A DNA stretch of 56,176 nucleotides, the filler included, from Sphacelaria rigidula (taxonomy: Eukaryota): NCBI GenBank assembly GCA_964200075.2. It is 5 parts of 5 records of this genome, joined end to end, with 100 filler letters (N's around TTAATTAATTAA, not from the genome) between each part and the next. Parts side by side here need not be neighbours in the genome. Positions count along the whole stretch, not along the records: positions 22,513 to 33,667 come from CAXNAA020005317.1; positions 33,768 to 44,922 come from CAXNAA020005318.1; 3 more parts are not named here. One strand, given 5' to 3'. A program made the translations under genes and the position numbers. The notes beneath the pieces are model-generated. The model was given only the letters and a program-made list of their open reading frames with translations. It was not told the DNA's origin and made no database searches. Within the stretch, counting starts at the first letter, position 1. Every line of letters starts with the position of its first letter. Positions 23,494-37,172 of this stretch are shown one piece after another.

Positions 23494-26400
23494 TTACTCG
23501 TCGGTTTGCAGCAAAACAGCGGTTCCCGTCAGTGTCCACTTGCTGACAGGATCCTCGGTCTTCAGAGTTGCCAAGAATACATAAGTTGGTCCACGGAAAC
23601 TTGTGATGTACACGGGAGCCTCGTAGACTTGAGGGTCATGACGAATGTACCCCACGGCCGACGGTTCCCAGCTTGCCTGGAAATTGAAGAGCAACGAGTG
23701 CGAGCTAGTTTATAAACGGGTGCAAGACGATCACATACCGTGCTCATGGTTGTAAGCCGAGCGACATTTGAGGCGTACGTTGCGCAGATCTAAGGTGGCC
23801 TGCACACGGAGGATAACGTTGAGTACTCGTACATATTGCTCATTTTGTGAGTCCTCCACATTGAAACGTACAGTTTATGTTTTATAAATATTCTCGAGGC
23901 ATCATCGAACCTGAACTGGAACCGCCTTGACGTAAATCACAGGTAGAGCTGGCAAAAGTTCCTTCAGGCGACTGTCCACTAGGTTGCCAGCACATGGAGT
24001 CCCAGTAATCATTTCCGTGTCACCAGCCTCATCCCCTGTCGACCATCTGTAAGGAGAGCGGCGAACGGCCGTACCTCTCGAATGGAGGGCTCGTTGGGCA
24101 AGGGTTGCATGTCTGTGGCATGGACCGCGCACGACTGAACTGAAAACAGCGAGGAATGGCTAACGCGGTAGGTTTCAGAGATAGTTCAGCGTGCGGAAAG
24201 AACACCCCCTTGACTTGGACGGCAGTCCGCGCGGACCATTGTTTCTCGCTTCAAACGCTTTTTGAACCGTGGCAGCGAACAAAGAGCCACTGAGCGAGAC
24301 ATGAACTACCGTAGTCTTCACTACACACAGTTTCGATGCGAGTCGCGTGTGAATAAACTGTATCGTACCTGCAGCATATTCATGACCAGAAATTGGCTCA
24401 GAATAACCCAAACTAGGCATGTGTCGCCACTTTGACTTCGCATGAATCTCAGCAATGATTGAACAACATGGCTGGGGGGATTCTCACCGAGCACCCTCAA
24501 TGTAGAGCCCGTTGACGAAAGCGCCATCCTGAGGATGGTAGTCTACTTCGGTTGGCTCCATGTACGTGGTGATATGTGTTTCAGTTGTCATTTTGTCCAA
24601 AGGAGATCCCGTACTTCGGGCGGTGACCTACCGTAGGAAGAAACAGGCGTGAAACGTTAGGTGTGCGAGACAAGGCACATGCATCACACGCATGTCTGCA
24701 CCACGTGAGTGCAAACATACCTATTCAGCCAATAATTGAAGAACATCAGCTTTCGCACTGCAGAAGCTTCTCGATAATGAAAAGCACCTGCCTTTGCAAC
24801 CCACAAATTCGAAGCAACCTCCACCTTTTGGCCGACAACAAACAAATGCGTTAGGCCAACCACAAATAGACGCCGACACCTGTGGAAACTCGCCGATATG
24901 TTTTTGCTATCCCAGGTGTAGAAATGGGTCCAGCTGGAACGTAACCCCCCAATACTCAGTCAGGCTTGCGCAGCAGTCGAACGGGGCGAAGCCATGCGTT
25001 TGTATGCTACGTAGCACCCCGAAAGTGTGGAAGCAGCGTGAATATTGCATGGCTCGGGAGCAGTGGGCGCGGTCGAGAAATTGTATATTCGTTGCAAGAT
25101 ATGGCATACCTGCATCACAGCTGTGAGGTAGGCGGTAGGGTTGAACAATCCAGGGAGCCACACACACTGCGGGGTGACGAGATCATCTGACCAGGAGCCA
25201 AGTTGCTCAATACGACGAAGCATGTCCATGAACTCGCTCAGAAGATTCTTTTTGGATGGCCACGCCAACTTCTCCCACGCGCACTGCAAATAAGGGAACG
25301 CAGCAAGGGAAACAGTTGAACCTCGAGGAAGGTATGTCCGATGGCGGTGTGTTCATATGTCATGATGCTCGCTCATTCGCTCGGACGATCCACAGAGGCA
25401 CCCAGCTCTCCTAAACGGTGCTAGTGTATTCGGTAGTAGTTCTTTGTGATATCTAAGGCCAGATCGTAGTAGTGGTACCTCCCATAATGGTGTATGTGCG
25501 TCTCAACTGCTTAGGAGGCACCTCGCGGGGCATACTGCATACTGCCAAGCTTTACTTATACCTGAGCAAAGGGGTTACGACCAGGCCACTCGTTAAGCCC
25601 AAAAGCGGCGACGAGATCTTCCATGCTCTGCGACATGTTTAGTTGTCCCTTCAAACCCTTATCAAGCTCCACCAAGGACCTCCTAATTTCAGACAACAGC
25701 GCATTCATGCGCGAACATTCCTGCCAAAAAAGTAGTTGGAAGAAAACACGAGCAAGAATCGTGTGTCTTTAGGATTTTGCACGTCTCTGTGACCACACGG
25801 CAGCACACCCGAAGTTATTGAAAACAGGTGACGCTAAAAATCGTTTGCGATGAACGTGCGGACACGCGACGAGATCGGTCAATGAATCGACTTCTGAAGA
25901 ACACAGGGGTACATACCTGTAAGGCTACAACAACGAATGGCCCGGCATCGCCAGCGAGCAAAGGCTTCGCACGGAGTTGCATGGTGATCATTTCAAAATT
26001 TTCAGGGAGCCTGTCCAGGAGATCCGCCATGGTGTCCTTCACGATAGATCCGCTGCCCCCTCCGCCTCCTCCGCTGCTCCCTGCATTGTTTAGTAGAACA
26101 CGGAAAAGCTGTTCCCCATTCGACCGTCTGTGATGGCGAATCTGTCCCGATCGCAATACGCGCTGACATTGAATTCACTCTACCGACAGTGGGTAGCTCC
26201 CGGTTTTTCTACTCAGCAGTCACCCGGTGAGGGTGTGCGATATCCGTACAAGAAATCTCCTTCGTGTGACTGAGCCAAATCTCCATGAAGTAAAGCTCAA
26301 GATCACCCTGCCTATCGAGTCGCGGGTTATGTACCATAGTGGGCTTGTGTGCAAGGAAAGCACCCTTGGGGACACAGGCATCAAGTGCCTGCTCGTTCAT

Positions 26401-29400
26401 CCATTCAGACGGTGCTTACTCAGCTCTTCGCCACGGGGTCGGTGGAAGCACGTGTAATGCGTGAAAGGACCGCGTGCTTAGAGGATCGCATCGGAATTTG
26501 AACATCCCTATGGTTAGGGTTAGGGTTAGGGTTAGTGTTGGGGTTATGGTCAGAGGCGTGGTACCTCCAAGTACTGACCCGATTGGTATTGAAAAACGTC
26601 GATCCTGAGGTGTTTTGAACTACGGCGCGGTCCTCTAAGCACGCGGTCCTCTCACGCATTACAATACGCCTAGGTGGTGAGTGCATGTTACAATTCGACC
26701 ACTGTAGACCCTTCTTACGCATACCTGCAATGTTGAGGATGGCCTTGAACAAGCTTTCACAACTGTTCGTGAGGTATCCGATCTCCGCGTTGGGATGAAG
26801 TCCAAACTGTGGCGGGCTTTCGGCCGGGAGTTCTCTATCGGTGTAGTCGAGGAATCCCTATCAACATGAAAGAGCACGAGCCGGTGATCCACGCGCCGGA
26901 CGAGCGAGCTGCGTGAGGCGTGAAAAAATCTTCAGTGCTAACTGGAGTGCACCATATCCTGGTGAACCTCACCCACCAGGGGCACGTTCGCGACTTGCCC
27001 AGCTTCCAGCACGGTCGTCTGTTCTGTACGCTACCCGCTGCACGTGCGGATACATTGCTTGCGTGCGCCAGAATATCGCGGTGGGTGACCTTTAGCAACT
27101 CACCTGGAAGTCGTGTGAATGTGGGTCTGGCGCCTTGAACCCTGGTCCCAGCTCCATTCCCGAGAAAAGACCGGGGTTGAACAGCACCTGGCAAAAAGCA
27201 TTCGCATGAGTCGGACAGTCGGAACAGTGCGCGGGTATACCGGATTTCAGTGCCTCTGTCCCTTACACTCACTCGTGTGTACGGCTGAAGTGGGGATATC
27301 GCGCATCACATATCGCGGCACGTTCACGCCGACCGTACCTCCAAGTAAACGTTGTTTGTGCGACGATCCCACGCATCCGTTATGTGTCCACCGTACATGA
27401 TTTCCCCGAAAATGTAGCGCAGGTCGTCCCATGGCACGTCAGGGTTGTCGTTAAGGTATGAGCCTGGGAAGCGACGACGAGGGTCGTCAGTAAAACGTGC
27501 AATTTTGGATTGTCAACTCTGGTGCCCCAACTAGCTGGCCCGCACAAAGCAGTGTATACAGTAGCTATGGTGACTAGGAACGACTCTGTAGACTCTCGAT
27601 GCTCGACATCGAAAATTAACAATTTCCCTAGCGCGGTTGTTTTGCAGTCTATTGAGGATTATACGCACATGCTCCATGGTGGTGCTAGATTTGAGGCTGT
27701 ATGTAGTCAACATCAGGTTGATGACATGTACCGCAAACTGTTGCTAGTATGCACCTCTTTCACAGCCGAAGTGCTGTATATGCGGCCACTAGTTATGGAG
27801 CTGTGCCTACTCCGAAGATGATGTATGTTCCGTTGAACTGTTGTAGCATGTGTTCTCAGGTAGATCGGGGGATGTCGATAAAGTCTGCACTACCTTTTAT
27901 CCGCCAGTTTTGGGCTGAACTCCGAGGTCCTCCAACACTGTTCGTGGCAAGAGAAAACAATCTTTTCCAAGACGACTAGTTTTATGTCATTTCTGGCCTA
28001 GAACCTGGCAGTGGAGAACGCCTTAACGTGAATGGACGCCCTACCAAAGAAAGTGATCTCAATGTATATACTACCATTTCGTATAGCCCGGCTGTGCATG
28101 ATGGTGGTTGCGGGCTAGGGTCAAACGTAAAACGTTGTAGGGGCAGGTGGTGCTTATTGTACTCGTTGACGTCAACATGTTACTTCCACCGAACCATGCG
28201 GTGCATGAGTATATTCGTGTGAAGAGTCGGACAGTGAAGTGATCACGCCAACACCGCATATTCACGTGCCCATACAAAGATTCATACCGTTCATGTGAAC
28301 ATCCACGCGCTCTGGATCAAGACACAGCCGTTCACTGTGAAGATTCAGGTGAACATATGAACACTCACATCCCAAATGTTGTGGAGTGTGGACCCGTTCG
28401 TCAACTCAGGATAAACATATGTAGGGTTTTTCTTGTAGAAAAACGTGCGACTTGTTCCGACGTCGGTAAATGATACTTATCATAGCGGCACTTTCGAACC
28501 TCCTGGCTCATTTCCAAGCCAGTGCTCCATTTCGGAAAGAGCCCGCAACGCTACATTCGCTGCCCCGCCAAGTTCGAGGGGAAAGGCGATACAACGGGTA
28601 GTGCGCCACATGGACACAGTTAGTGCTAAGCCATTTGCTCACCCAGCACATTGGCGCATATGGTGAGGTCGCCGGTGTTGAACGAGTACGGGCGAGACCA
28701 GCCCTGTGGCCCGAATCGTCGGCGACCTGTCAAATGCAACAAGCGGCAGATTTAGTTGTACGGGGAAGGTTAAGCCGCGCCCGTCGACAAGCTAGCCTGC
28801 GGAGATCATTTGTAGCTCGGCCTTCTCCTTCACGATTGTACGCGGTGAGGCGTCACCATTCATGTAGTCGATTGCCACGGACGATAGAAAAGGTATGCTC
28901 ATGACTTGCACTTCTCGACAGAAATCATCATCTGAAAAAAGCGATTGGGGCCAAAACAAGCAAAACAAAGAGAGGGTAACCCACCTAAAACAATAGAGTG
29001 GAACCAACATAAGCTAAATAGGCATGCTTTGTATTCCGTTGGTTTGGTGCAGCAGTCCATTTTCTCCTGGTCGAAGTTTGCCCACGCTCGAGTCAAGTTA
29101 GACTTTATGTCCGCTGGGGCCTCGTTTGCCACCTAAAAAGTCGGGATGACCACGGCAGACAAATGCAGGGATTGCTACATGAGCGAGGAGGTGAGATCAC
29201 GCTCCAAAGCTGCTACGAATCACTGCACTTCTGACGGTATGACTCAGGAACGGGAATATCCAACAAATCGCAACGCCCCTCACAGAGTGTCACCGCACGT
29301 CACGTCTGATGTGTGAAGACATTATTCAAATAATTCTGGTCGTTTAACATGACTTGCTAGGGGGCAGCTCCCATGGGTAACGTCGACATCCTTACCTTAA

Positions 29401-32400
29401 TACATGACTGCATGAGGCTCTCGGGCATGTTCTTCATGCTAACCATCGGAGGAGGCTCAGCCGAGATGAAACATCTGCGCAATACGGCGAAACCATGGGA
29501 AAACCACGGTAACGGGATTTGAAAATCAACCCCACCATTACACTCCGGCCACTGATTGACCCCATCGCAATGCTGCATGACCGCAAACGCACGCGTGTCT
29601 GAAGATGCTGCTCCCGCCACCATCTGTCATCGTACTTATATTTTCCATTTCCCATCCGGACTGCTGAACCCGGTTTAGTACCACAATTTTCCTCGTTGCT
29701 CTTTCGATTGCTCATCAGTCCCCACTACGCCATTCGAGACGGAACCCGATTACCTACGGATATGTGTTTGCGGCCTAAACGACCGCAGTGACCAAAAGCT
29801 GTGCCTCACCGGAATGTTTCGTGTGCGCCATGTTGCACTATTTCCAGCAACCGCTCAAGGCTTGGCACCCAGCTCTGCATCAAGTGACAGTTCTGCAGCA
29901 AAACCCATCCCCCATCTTTCGCGAATCTGCGGGCCGCGTAGGCAGTTTGAAAGGAACGCAGATAGGCGTGGTCGTAATCGGGAGAGCGTGCGAATATGGC
30001 GTTACGTACTCGCGTAAACACTATTATATAGATATCTTGGACTCTACTGAGGTATCCTCTTGAGGTTTCAAAACTGAACGCTGTGCGCAGCCTGAAAACA
30101 ATCAGCGCAGATGACCCTTCACGCTTCCCAGCCTCGTAGACCGCCAAGTTCTGTAGTTGTACGTATGTGCATGTAAGCTATAGCACGACTCTCACCTCTC
30201 AACAACACCCTCCGCGGGCTTCTCCTGACCTTGGCCCATAGATATGTTGATGAACTTACCTAAAACGGTGGAAATGTCGAAATGTGATGCACCGGAGAAA
30301 CGCCCAAGGCGACAAACCGCAGAGCAGTTGCACGATCAACATATGACTGCGGCGTTGATGATATCGACTCTCAACCTTCCCGATATCCCTCTACCGTATG
30401 CAGCCGATAGCCGATAGGATTGTTCCCTTTCACACCGCAAGCTATATGACGTTCAATTGATCAAGATGCGTTTGATAATCAAGCGACGGCACACACAATA
30501 TATTCGATCATGTGCCCACCGTTCTCAGTAGTAATATCTAGTGTTCTGGCCAGATTTTCCACCCACGGCGTGGGATCAACTCCGGGAAAAAGCACGAAGA
30601 ACATGGGCGTCGCAGGGGATGTCTCCATGTACGTCTCTGCCATGTCATACGGCTTTTGTAGAACGTAGTTGGTGCCCATGGTCTGGAGATCAAGGAATAT
30701 CACACAACGGTATAATTTTATGAATGCATGCCGCATGCACGGCTTGGCGATCAGGGAGAAAATACAAACGCAGTCCGCACGTGTCCCGCTCCAAATGTTC
30801 CGCGAGTAACCCCTTGCAGACGGCCGCCCCGTATCGCAGTGATTTACCTGGCCAATCCACTTTGCCAAAGCAGTAGAGACCCGATCGGGGCGCATGGCTC
30901 TTAGGAGAATAAGTCTGTCGAATGCACTCAAAGTTTTCTCGAAGTCTCCAGGCAGCTTGGCTTGGTCCGCCTTTTCATCGTCGAACCACGCCTGCTCAGA
31001 ATACCATCAAGGTTATACCAGTGTATCGTACAGGCGAGTGGTGTAGAATGATAGATACTCGTCGACCGAGGGTGTTCCCGAAGAAAAATCGCACACGTGA
31101 CACTTGCTGCACATATGACAGGTAGGGCAAACGAAGCGTCTGCTGCAATTCCCCGACGCGGCTTCCATCAGTCCAAATCAGTCGTCGTGGGTCCCTCAGC
31201 TCACCTGCCAATCGTCAGAATCGGACTGCATCGCATCGCCGATGTTGTGGAAACGCTTGACCCTCTCAAGGGATTTGAGCTTCGGCCAAATTGCTTCGGG
31301 AAGCCATTCGCCAAGGGGACCCATGTTTCCCGGGTCGATCGAGATCTACACAGCAACAGGGGTGAGAGGCGTGGAAGGCGTGGAAGGCGGGCGAGTAGGA
31401 CAGTGCATGGAGATGGTTGATTAATGCCCCCACTGCGTGCTGCTATTCTTACGGGTGGGTCACACAACATAGAAGCCATTTTCGAAAGGGATTAGGAGTA
31501 GAGTAGTCAAAATACGAGGAGATACCTGCCACTGCGCACCTTCGACATGACGAGGTAGTCTACTTCTTCTTGGGCAAGCAAGCCATCGTTGACCAGGATC
31601 TTGAGAGTCAGCATGGTGGCTACGGTGAGCTTGTCTCGCTCGAACAGCCCTCGACGTACGTAGTTGAAAACAGTCGTCGTGAGCGCATCAACGAGAACGA
31701 CGCATCTGTGGCAAACGATTCAGTTACAGTAAAAGTCGAGATAAGGACCAACTTTAGAGCACTAGATCGAACTAGACATGTGCTGCAGTTTACTAGGACC
31801 AATGCTGCAAACCACGAGCCGTCGATAACTCCGCGTACTGTATGCCGCGCCCCGGTGGTGTAATGGTCCGGCTGTCGCCAGTAGGGTGGAGAGAACGGGG
31901 GTTCGATTCCGGATGCGTTGGGTTCTTTCTTCGTAATATATATGATTTCCACCGTGGAAATCGTGAGAACGTGAGTAAACAAAGTAGTCGACTGGGTTTG
32001 TGTAACGTGTACCGGAGGGGATATGGAATGATCCCTTGAGACCACGGACTCATCCCGAGGGAGGGGAGGGGTTCAAAGTGTGAGGAAAAAACAAACAAAC
32101 TGTATACCGCACGCCCTGCCTAAACAATGAGAGCGGTAAAAGAAATAGCTTCGCAAGTCTTCACCTGCTCGCCAGCTCTTCATCCGTCATCTCCTTGATC
32201 TCCCCACTTGTTCCGTCTTCGTCCTGCTCTTCGTCCTCTTTCCCAGCAGAATCACCCGCATCCTCCGCGACATTGTCACCTCCGCCCTCCACGCTAAGGG
32301 CCTCAGTACTACCAGACGGTGGCTCTCCATCAGCGCCATCAGACGGCTCTTCTTCAGATCCTGTTGGTTTTTGTGCGGTCTTGCTCACCTTGTCGATTCC

Positions 32401-32624
32401 TTGGTAAAACACCTGGACACAGTAGTCAGAACAGCGTTGAGTCGCCGACTCCAATCGGGTGCTGCTTGCAGCCGCAGTCGTGAGGTCTACGTTCCATGAT
32501 AAGCGCGCTCGTAATTTTTCCCCGATTGCTAGTGAGACGGGTCAGTTCACATGTGCAACTACTCCATGCGGTGTCCCGTGTGCGTTGCCATGTTGTACAG
32601 ACTTTTATTTTATTATTATTACTA

Positions 32625-32674
<50 letters not shown>

Positions 32675-33160
32675 TACGTCTTAGTCTACTATGTCGTTCT
32701 GTTCGATTTTTTTTCTGCTCCATAGTTTCTTCAGTAAGCCTTTCAGTTTTGTCTTTCCTGGGTACGTACGTCTATCATGAGTCCACGGCTGGACCCCTGG
32801 GAGGTCAGTTAAAGTGCGACAATCAATCAAATCAATTGACAGCCCTAGGAGCGACTTGGACGACTCGTAGACGCAACACCGGTCGTCTACAACATTGTAA
32901 AGTTGGTTGTTACGGTCTGCGATCAAAACGTCATTACATTGCCCATCGCGACTACGCGCGCGCCCCACCCATGCGCGACAAGCCTTGGGCCCCCCAAGGC
33001 GGTGCGACTGAAGAAAATGATGGAAGCGCACCTTCGTAAAGGCTGCCAGCGAATAAATGTAGTAGGAGTGAATCTTGACTAAATCGTTCATAAGGAAGAA
33101 TAGCAGCGATGATCTATTCGCCACCGGCCGATACTTCTCGCTCGTGACGCGGATACTAAT
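23494..33160 (-). CDS. Axonemal dynein heavy chain, outer-arm beta/alpha-type (DNAH9/11/17-like); C-terminal 926 aa (post-AAA5 region, AAA6, C-terminal domain); 5' part not on this contig
   Basis: Twenty GT-AG exons, all phase-consistent: 33160-33032, 32412-32165, 31705-31540, 31345-31205, 30991-30848, 30682-30520, 30259-30196, 29926-29810, 29474-29396, 29132-28985, 28726-28643, 27463-27339, 27187-27104, 26857-26725, 26080-25917, 25720-25562, 25283-25110, 24627-24488, 24046-23911, 23676-23494. Motifs include [87 protein letters not shown] and VWLPGLFNP. Confidence 0.95.
26453..26663. mobile_element. TGT...ACA MITE (Ginger-like) with internal (TTAGGG)n, in a dynein intron
   Basis: ~37-bp TIR TGTAATGCGTGAGAGGACCGCGTGCTTAGAGGACCGC. 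Further copies at 34524-34734 and 43351-43531. Confidence 0.85.
31844..32098 (+). mobile_element. tRNA-derived SINE family 2, in a dynein intron
   Basis: A-box TGGTGTAATGG, B-box GGTTCGATTCC, (AAAC)n tail and a 7-bp TSD ACTGTAT (31837-31843, 32099-32105). Second copy at 38028. Confidence 0.85.
32612..32836 (+). mobile_element. (TAT)n microsatellite followed by a non-LTR retroelement 3' end (same family as 13884-14091)
   Basis: Direct similarity to 13884-14091. Confidence 0.75.
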
Positions 33161-33273
33161 CTGCGAACGCCGTCGAACGATGGGGAGCACAGGGAAGGGT
33201 CGACACAACAATCAGGTGGCGGGATTCCACGACGTTCCACGAAGTCTGTTACGAACAGACTAGTTACGGGAGA

Positions 33274-33667
33274 CGAGGACGAACATCTTGAGATATACAG
33301 GGGGTTGAGAGAGGGAATAGGGATGAAAGCATATTTGCATGGTCCAATGGACGCTGCGAAAAATATGAAATTGCGATTTCGGGTGGGGAACCTGGACCTG
33401 CCAGAAAGAAGAAAGAGATGTGCCAGTCGCCGAAAGGAGGAGGAAGTAGATCGACAGAACTGCCTCTGTGGCGAAGGAATAGAGAGCAGACGTCATATAG
33501 TGGCAGGATGTGAACTATGCAAGGAGGAACGAGGTTTGCTAGAGGGGAAAATGCGGGACGTAAACGAAAATAGCATGAGATCGTTTGATGCAGTAGACAG
33601 TAGGGAGAAAACAGTGGCTATACTAGGAGATGGATGGTGGCCAGAGACGGCGAAACAGGACGGGGAT
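33274..33667 (+). mobile_element. LINE ORF2 fragment with C-terminal CCHC-type zinc motif
   Basis: The frame ...MKLRFRVGNLDLPERR...CLCGEGIESRRHIVAGC... fits the Cys/His motif at the end of non-LTR reverse transcriptase ORFs. It runs into the contig end. Confidence 0.7.
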
Positions 33668-33767
33668 NNNNNNNNNNNNNNNNNNNNNNNNNNNNNNNNN
33701 NNNNNNNNNNNTTAATTAATTAANNNNNNNNNNNNNNNNNNNNNNNNNNNNNNNNNNNNNNNNNNNN
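33668..33767. other. Artificial contig spacer
   Basis: N44-TTAATTAATTAA-N44. Confidence 0.98.
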
Positions 33768-34523
33768 ACATTGAACTCAAGTATCTACAGAAAAAGCAGT
33801 ACTTACTTGGACCTTTGGTCAATATTGGGTGGCTCCTAGTTGAACCGAGACCTATTGACCCGCTAATCTGCTACAGAGTAAAAACTCACACATAAGATAT
33901 ACAGCTAGATTGCTGGCTGTGTAAATTTCCAACAGATGAAACACAGTTACTTTTCCAGATCGGGCCATTTGCGTGCGGCCGGGTGCACTCACACGTGTCG
34001 CACCCCCCGTGAATGGTATCGATAGTGAAGACATCAGGACAAGATTTTCATATTAGAATCATGGATGTACGTTAATTCCCCCCTCCCCAAATATTTCACT
34101 TTGTGCAGCTCCTGCCGGCTAAGAAGGTGCGGACAAAATTCTACCCGGAAACCCCGCGGGACACGGTCTACTGGCATTACATGGTGCAACGGTTATGACG
34201 GATAAGGATATACATCGTGGGGATGGATAGTGAATTGTGATACATAACGTCGAAAAATTCATGACACGATTGTAACTACCTAATTACGTTCTCTGTCCTC
34301 CAACGGAGGCCATAACCGGTCTTGTCGGTACGGCGTGGGGAGGGTCTTTTGGGCAGTTGTAGGGCCGGGCTCACCTTCAAGGAGTGATTCCTTTCCACTA
34401 CTATACCCCTGACCAAAACCGTGGTGTGGTGGTAAAGTTGGGTCAGCACGGTGTCCATCAGGCACACACCCTCCTTTTATATCACAGCAGTACAACATCT
34501 CAACACCCTGAGTGCGGACATAG

Positions 34524-34734
34524 TGTTGTGCGTGAGAGGACCGCGTGCTTAGAGGACCGCGCCGTAGTTCAAAACACCTCAGGATTGATGTTTTTCAAAA
34601 CCAATCGGGCCAGTCCCTGCAGGTACCACGCCCCTGACCATAACCCCAACACTAACCCCAACCCTAACCCTAACCATGGGGATGTTCATATTCCGATGCG
34701 ATCCTCTAAGCACGCGGTCCTCTCACGCATTACA
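34524..34734. mobile_element. TGT...ACA MITE (Ginger-like), opposite orientation, with CCCTAA repeats
   Basis: Reverse complement of 26453-26663 and the same 211-bp length. Confidence 0.85.
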
Positions 34735-35230
34735 ATATCCTGGGTTACACGCGATGTAATATGTCAACACCCTGAGTGCGGACATGTTGGGATACGGTGT
34801 GTGCGCGGAGGCAGATGGCATCGCTGTCGAAAACTGGTACGTACACTTTGGTACAAAGGAGCGCGTTCCGGTGTGTAGGCTAGTTTTGAAGCGGTGATCG
34901 ACAGACGGGTAGGATCGGTTTAGCCTCCTGGACGAGACTCTTACAGACCAGAACCAGAGTGCATCACGAAAGAGGAAATGCTTCGTCACGAAAGAAAGCA
35001 GGGAGGGGCACTGTTGTGGAAGGGATCATGGGCACTGGCGAGAATGGGTAGTAGCGTTGGCCATGGGTGCTGGCGAGAACAGATGAGAGCGTCAAGGGAT
35101 CAACTTCGAAGAGGACCTTGCAGCAGAGAAGAGCAGAGTAGGGCAGCTAATTTCGTTGAGGGCGGGATACTATTTTCCTGTCACGTTTTTGATATGGTTG
35201 TGTTGTTGTGGATACTGGATACAGATCATA

Positions 35231-36081
35231 CCGTCGACCCCTCTTTGAGGACACACATGGTTTGTTTGTTTTCAAGGTGTCTTTATCTCGGAAAAGTGTC
35301 TTATCGATTCAGGGGACCATAACTCACCATCCCCAGGGTTGGAGGCGTGTTATGGGTCAAATTAAGCGTCTCGGAGAGGGACATCAATGGGACATGAGAA
35401 AAGGAGGACAACTTGCTGGTCAAATTATGTTATGTTGCTGAAAATAATAAAGGCTATAACCATGTTGTTCTGTTGATTCATCTTACATTTATGTGGCTGT
35501 GGCAGAACCCTTGTCAACTTCTGATCAGTCTACACACATATGACTCCTTTGCGTTAGACTCATTCTATTGTGGTGCAGTTGACGGCGCTTGCCTCAGCGA
35601 CGACGTGTACTTCAATACTGCAGGAGTTCACTACACGATCTACAAACCTCCGACTTCTTCCACACATCGCGAAGAGTTGCCTGTGTCTCCCCCCCCTCCT
35701 TAGCTCGACGCTCGCCCTGAGTTTCATGAATGAACGAATGTACAACTTTCGAAAGAAGGTACAGAGTTTTGCGGTACTCTCCACCCTTCCCTTCTGCGTG
35801 TAAGTTGGAGCGAACCTCCTCTAGCCGAAAGCGGACGTCGGCCTCTGTAAGCGAAGACGTATTGCATGACTCTGGCCTAGCGTCGCCATCATCTTCGTCG
35901 GTCGAGCTATCGTCAATCTCTCAGCTGACGAAGTTGTTTTCATTTTTCAGAGGGCTCCGCGGTTTGTATTATATACCCCCCCGTATGTTTATAATCTGCA
36001 AGGCACCTTGTTTTCGAAAAAATCGTGTCTTCTAAGTGGGGAGTGTCCTTAATGTTGGTGTCCTTAAAGCGGGGTCGACTG
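35231..36081 (-). mobile_element. Internally deleted pogo/Tigger-like (Tc1/mariner superfamily) DNA transposon
   Basis: TA-flanked TIRs CCGTCGACCCCTCTTTGAGGACAC and GTGTCCTTAAAGCGGGGTCGACTG. Minus-strand remnant EIDDSSTDEDDGD...FRLEEVRSNL...TQATLRDVWKK resembles pogo transposase C-termini. Confidence 0.75.
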
Positions 36082-37029
36082 TATCCCATACTTTCATATT
36101 GAACATAGAACACTCTGAACAGATTCTGTTTTTTGCTGATGGCGCTTGTCGTATGTAGGCTTGACACGCCCTGTCTGTTGTGTTTTTGTAACGATGCTAC
36201 TTGCCCAGAACCTACAGGAGATTGTAGTTCCTCGCTTTCCCTCCTCGTTGCCATCGGCTCGTCCTTCTTTGTTGTTTTCGTCTCTTTTGGATCTTCCTAC
36301 CTATCTGACGTTGTTTAGTCTCCGGTGCGCAGGCTCTGTAGAGGGCCTCTTTAAACAGCACCCTAGACAATAGATCTATTTCGGGGTGGGTCTTTGTTCT
36401 TCCGACAGTTTCAATTACCGGCTTACTCGCTATTACTACTCTGTATATACACCGGTACGTGGCAAGGTAGTCGAAGGGGTCACACGCGGGGACTCAGATT
36501 CCAGTAGGTCTGTAGTCCAATTGGCCTTATACGGATCTTTCGTACTGTAGGTGCCCTTTTTCGTGTGGATGTTAAGTTTCTCGCCTTCCTTTCCGAGCTG
36601 TCTGAGCTATGGTTATGGGTGGCATGCCCCTTGCATTCTGTGGCCACGGGTACGAGAAATCGAGCTAATGTAACGGATACAATAAATGATACAATACCCA
36701 TAGTAGACGTGAATATATCCCTCTGGGGTTCGTCACTAATGGCTGTCCATTTTCGGTTATCATTATCATCATTATCAGATATCATGACCGTTAATCATTC
36801 ACATTACCAGCATGAATATCATGACCGTTTTCATTATTGTCGTTGTTGTTGTTGTTGTTGTTGTTGTTGTTATTGTGAAGGATAATAATGTTGTTAATAT
36901 CTTCACATATTATTAGCGCGATATCTCGAACCTGTTGTCGCAAACGTAGTCTCACCTTCCAGATCCGTCACCACCATTCCTTCAATGAGATGGAAGCACT
37001 TATTGAGAAACATCTCCTGATACTCCAGA

Positions 37030-37172
37030 ACAAAACAGAGTAAAACACAACAGAAGAAGGACGTCAAGAAAACAGGAGAGAAAAATCCCCCCCCCCCGAG
37101 CCGATGGAGAGCTCCGTCTCGAAAGAGATGCGTGGTCAATGGCCATACGACTAAGGCAGGCAACTAATGACC
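37030..37172. repeat. Dispersed repeat shared with 47520-47640 (and a short piece at ~45148-45170)
   Basis: C-run...TCCGTCTCGAAAGrGATGCGyGGTCAAyGGCCAwACGA..AGGCArGCAACwAATGA occurs in both copies. Confidence 0.7.

Noticed and set aside
31844-31915. Functional tRNA genes (also ~14550-14626, 38030-38100, 46800-46882)
   Set aside because: A/B boxes are present but the cloverleaf is incomplete. Each is fused to a shared body and tail, one with a TSD, so they are SINE heads.
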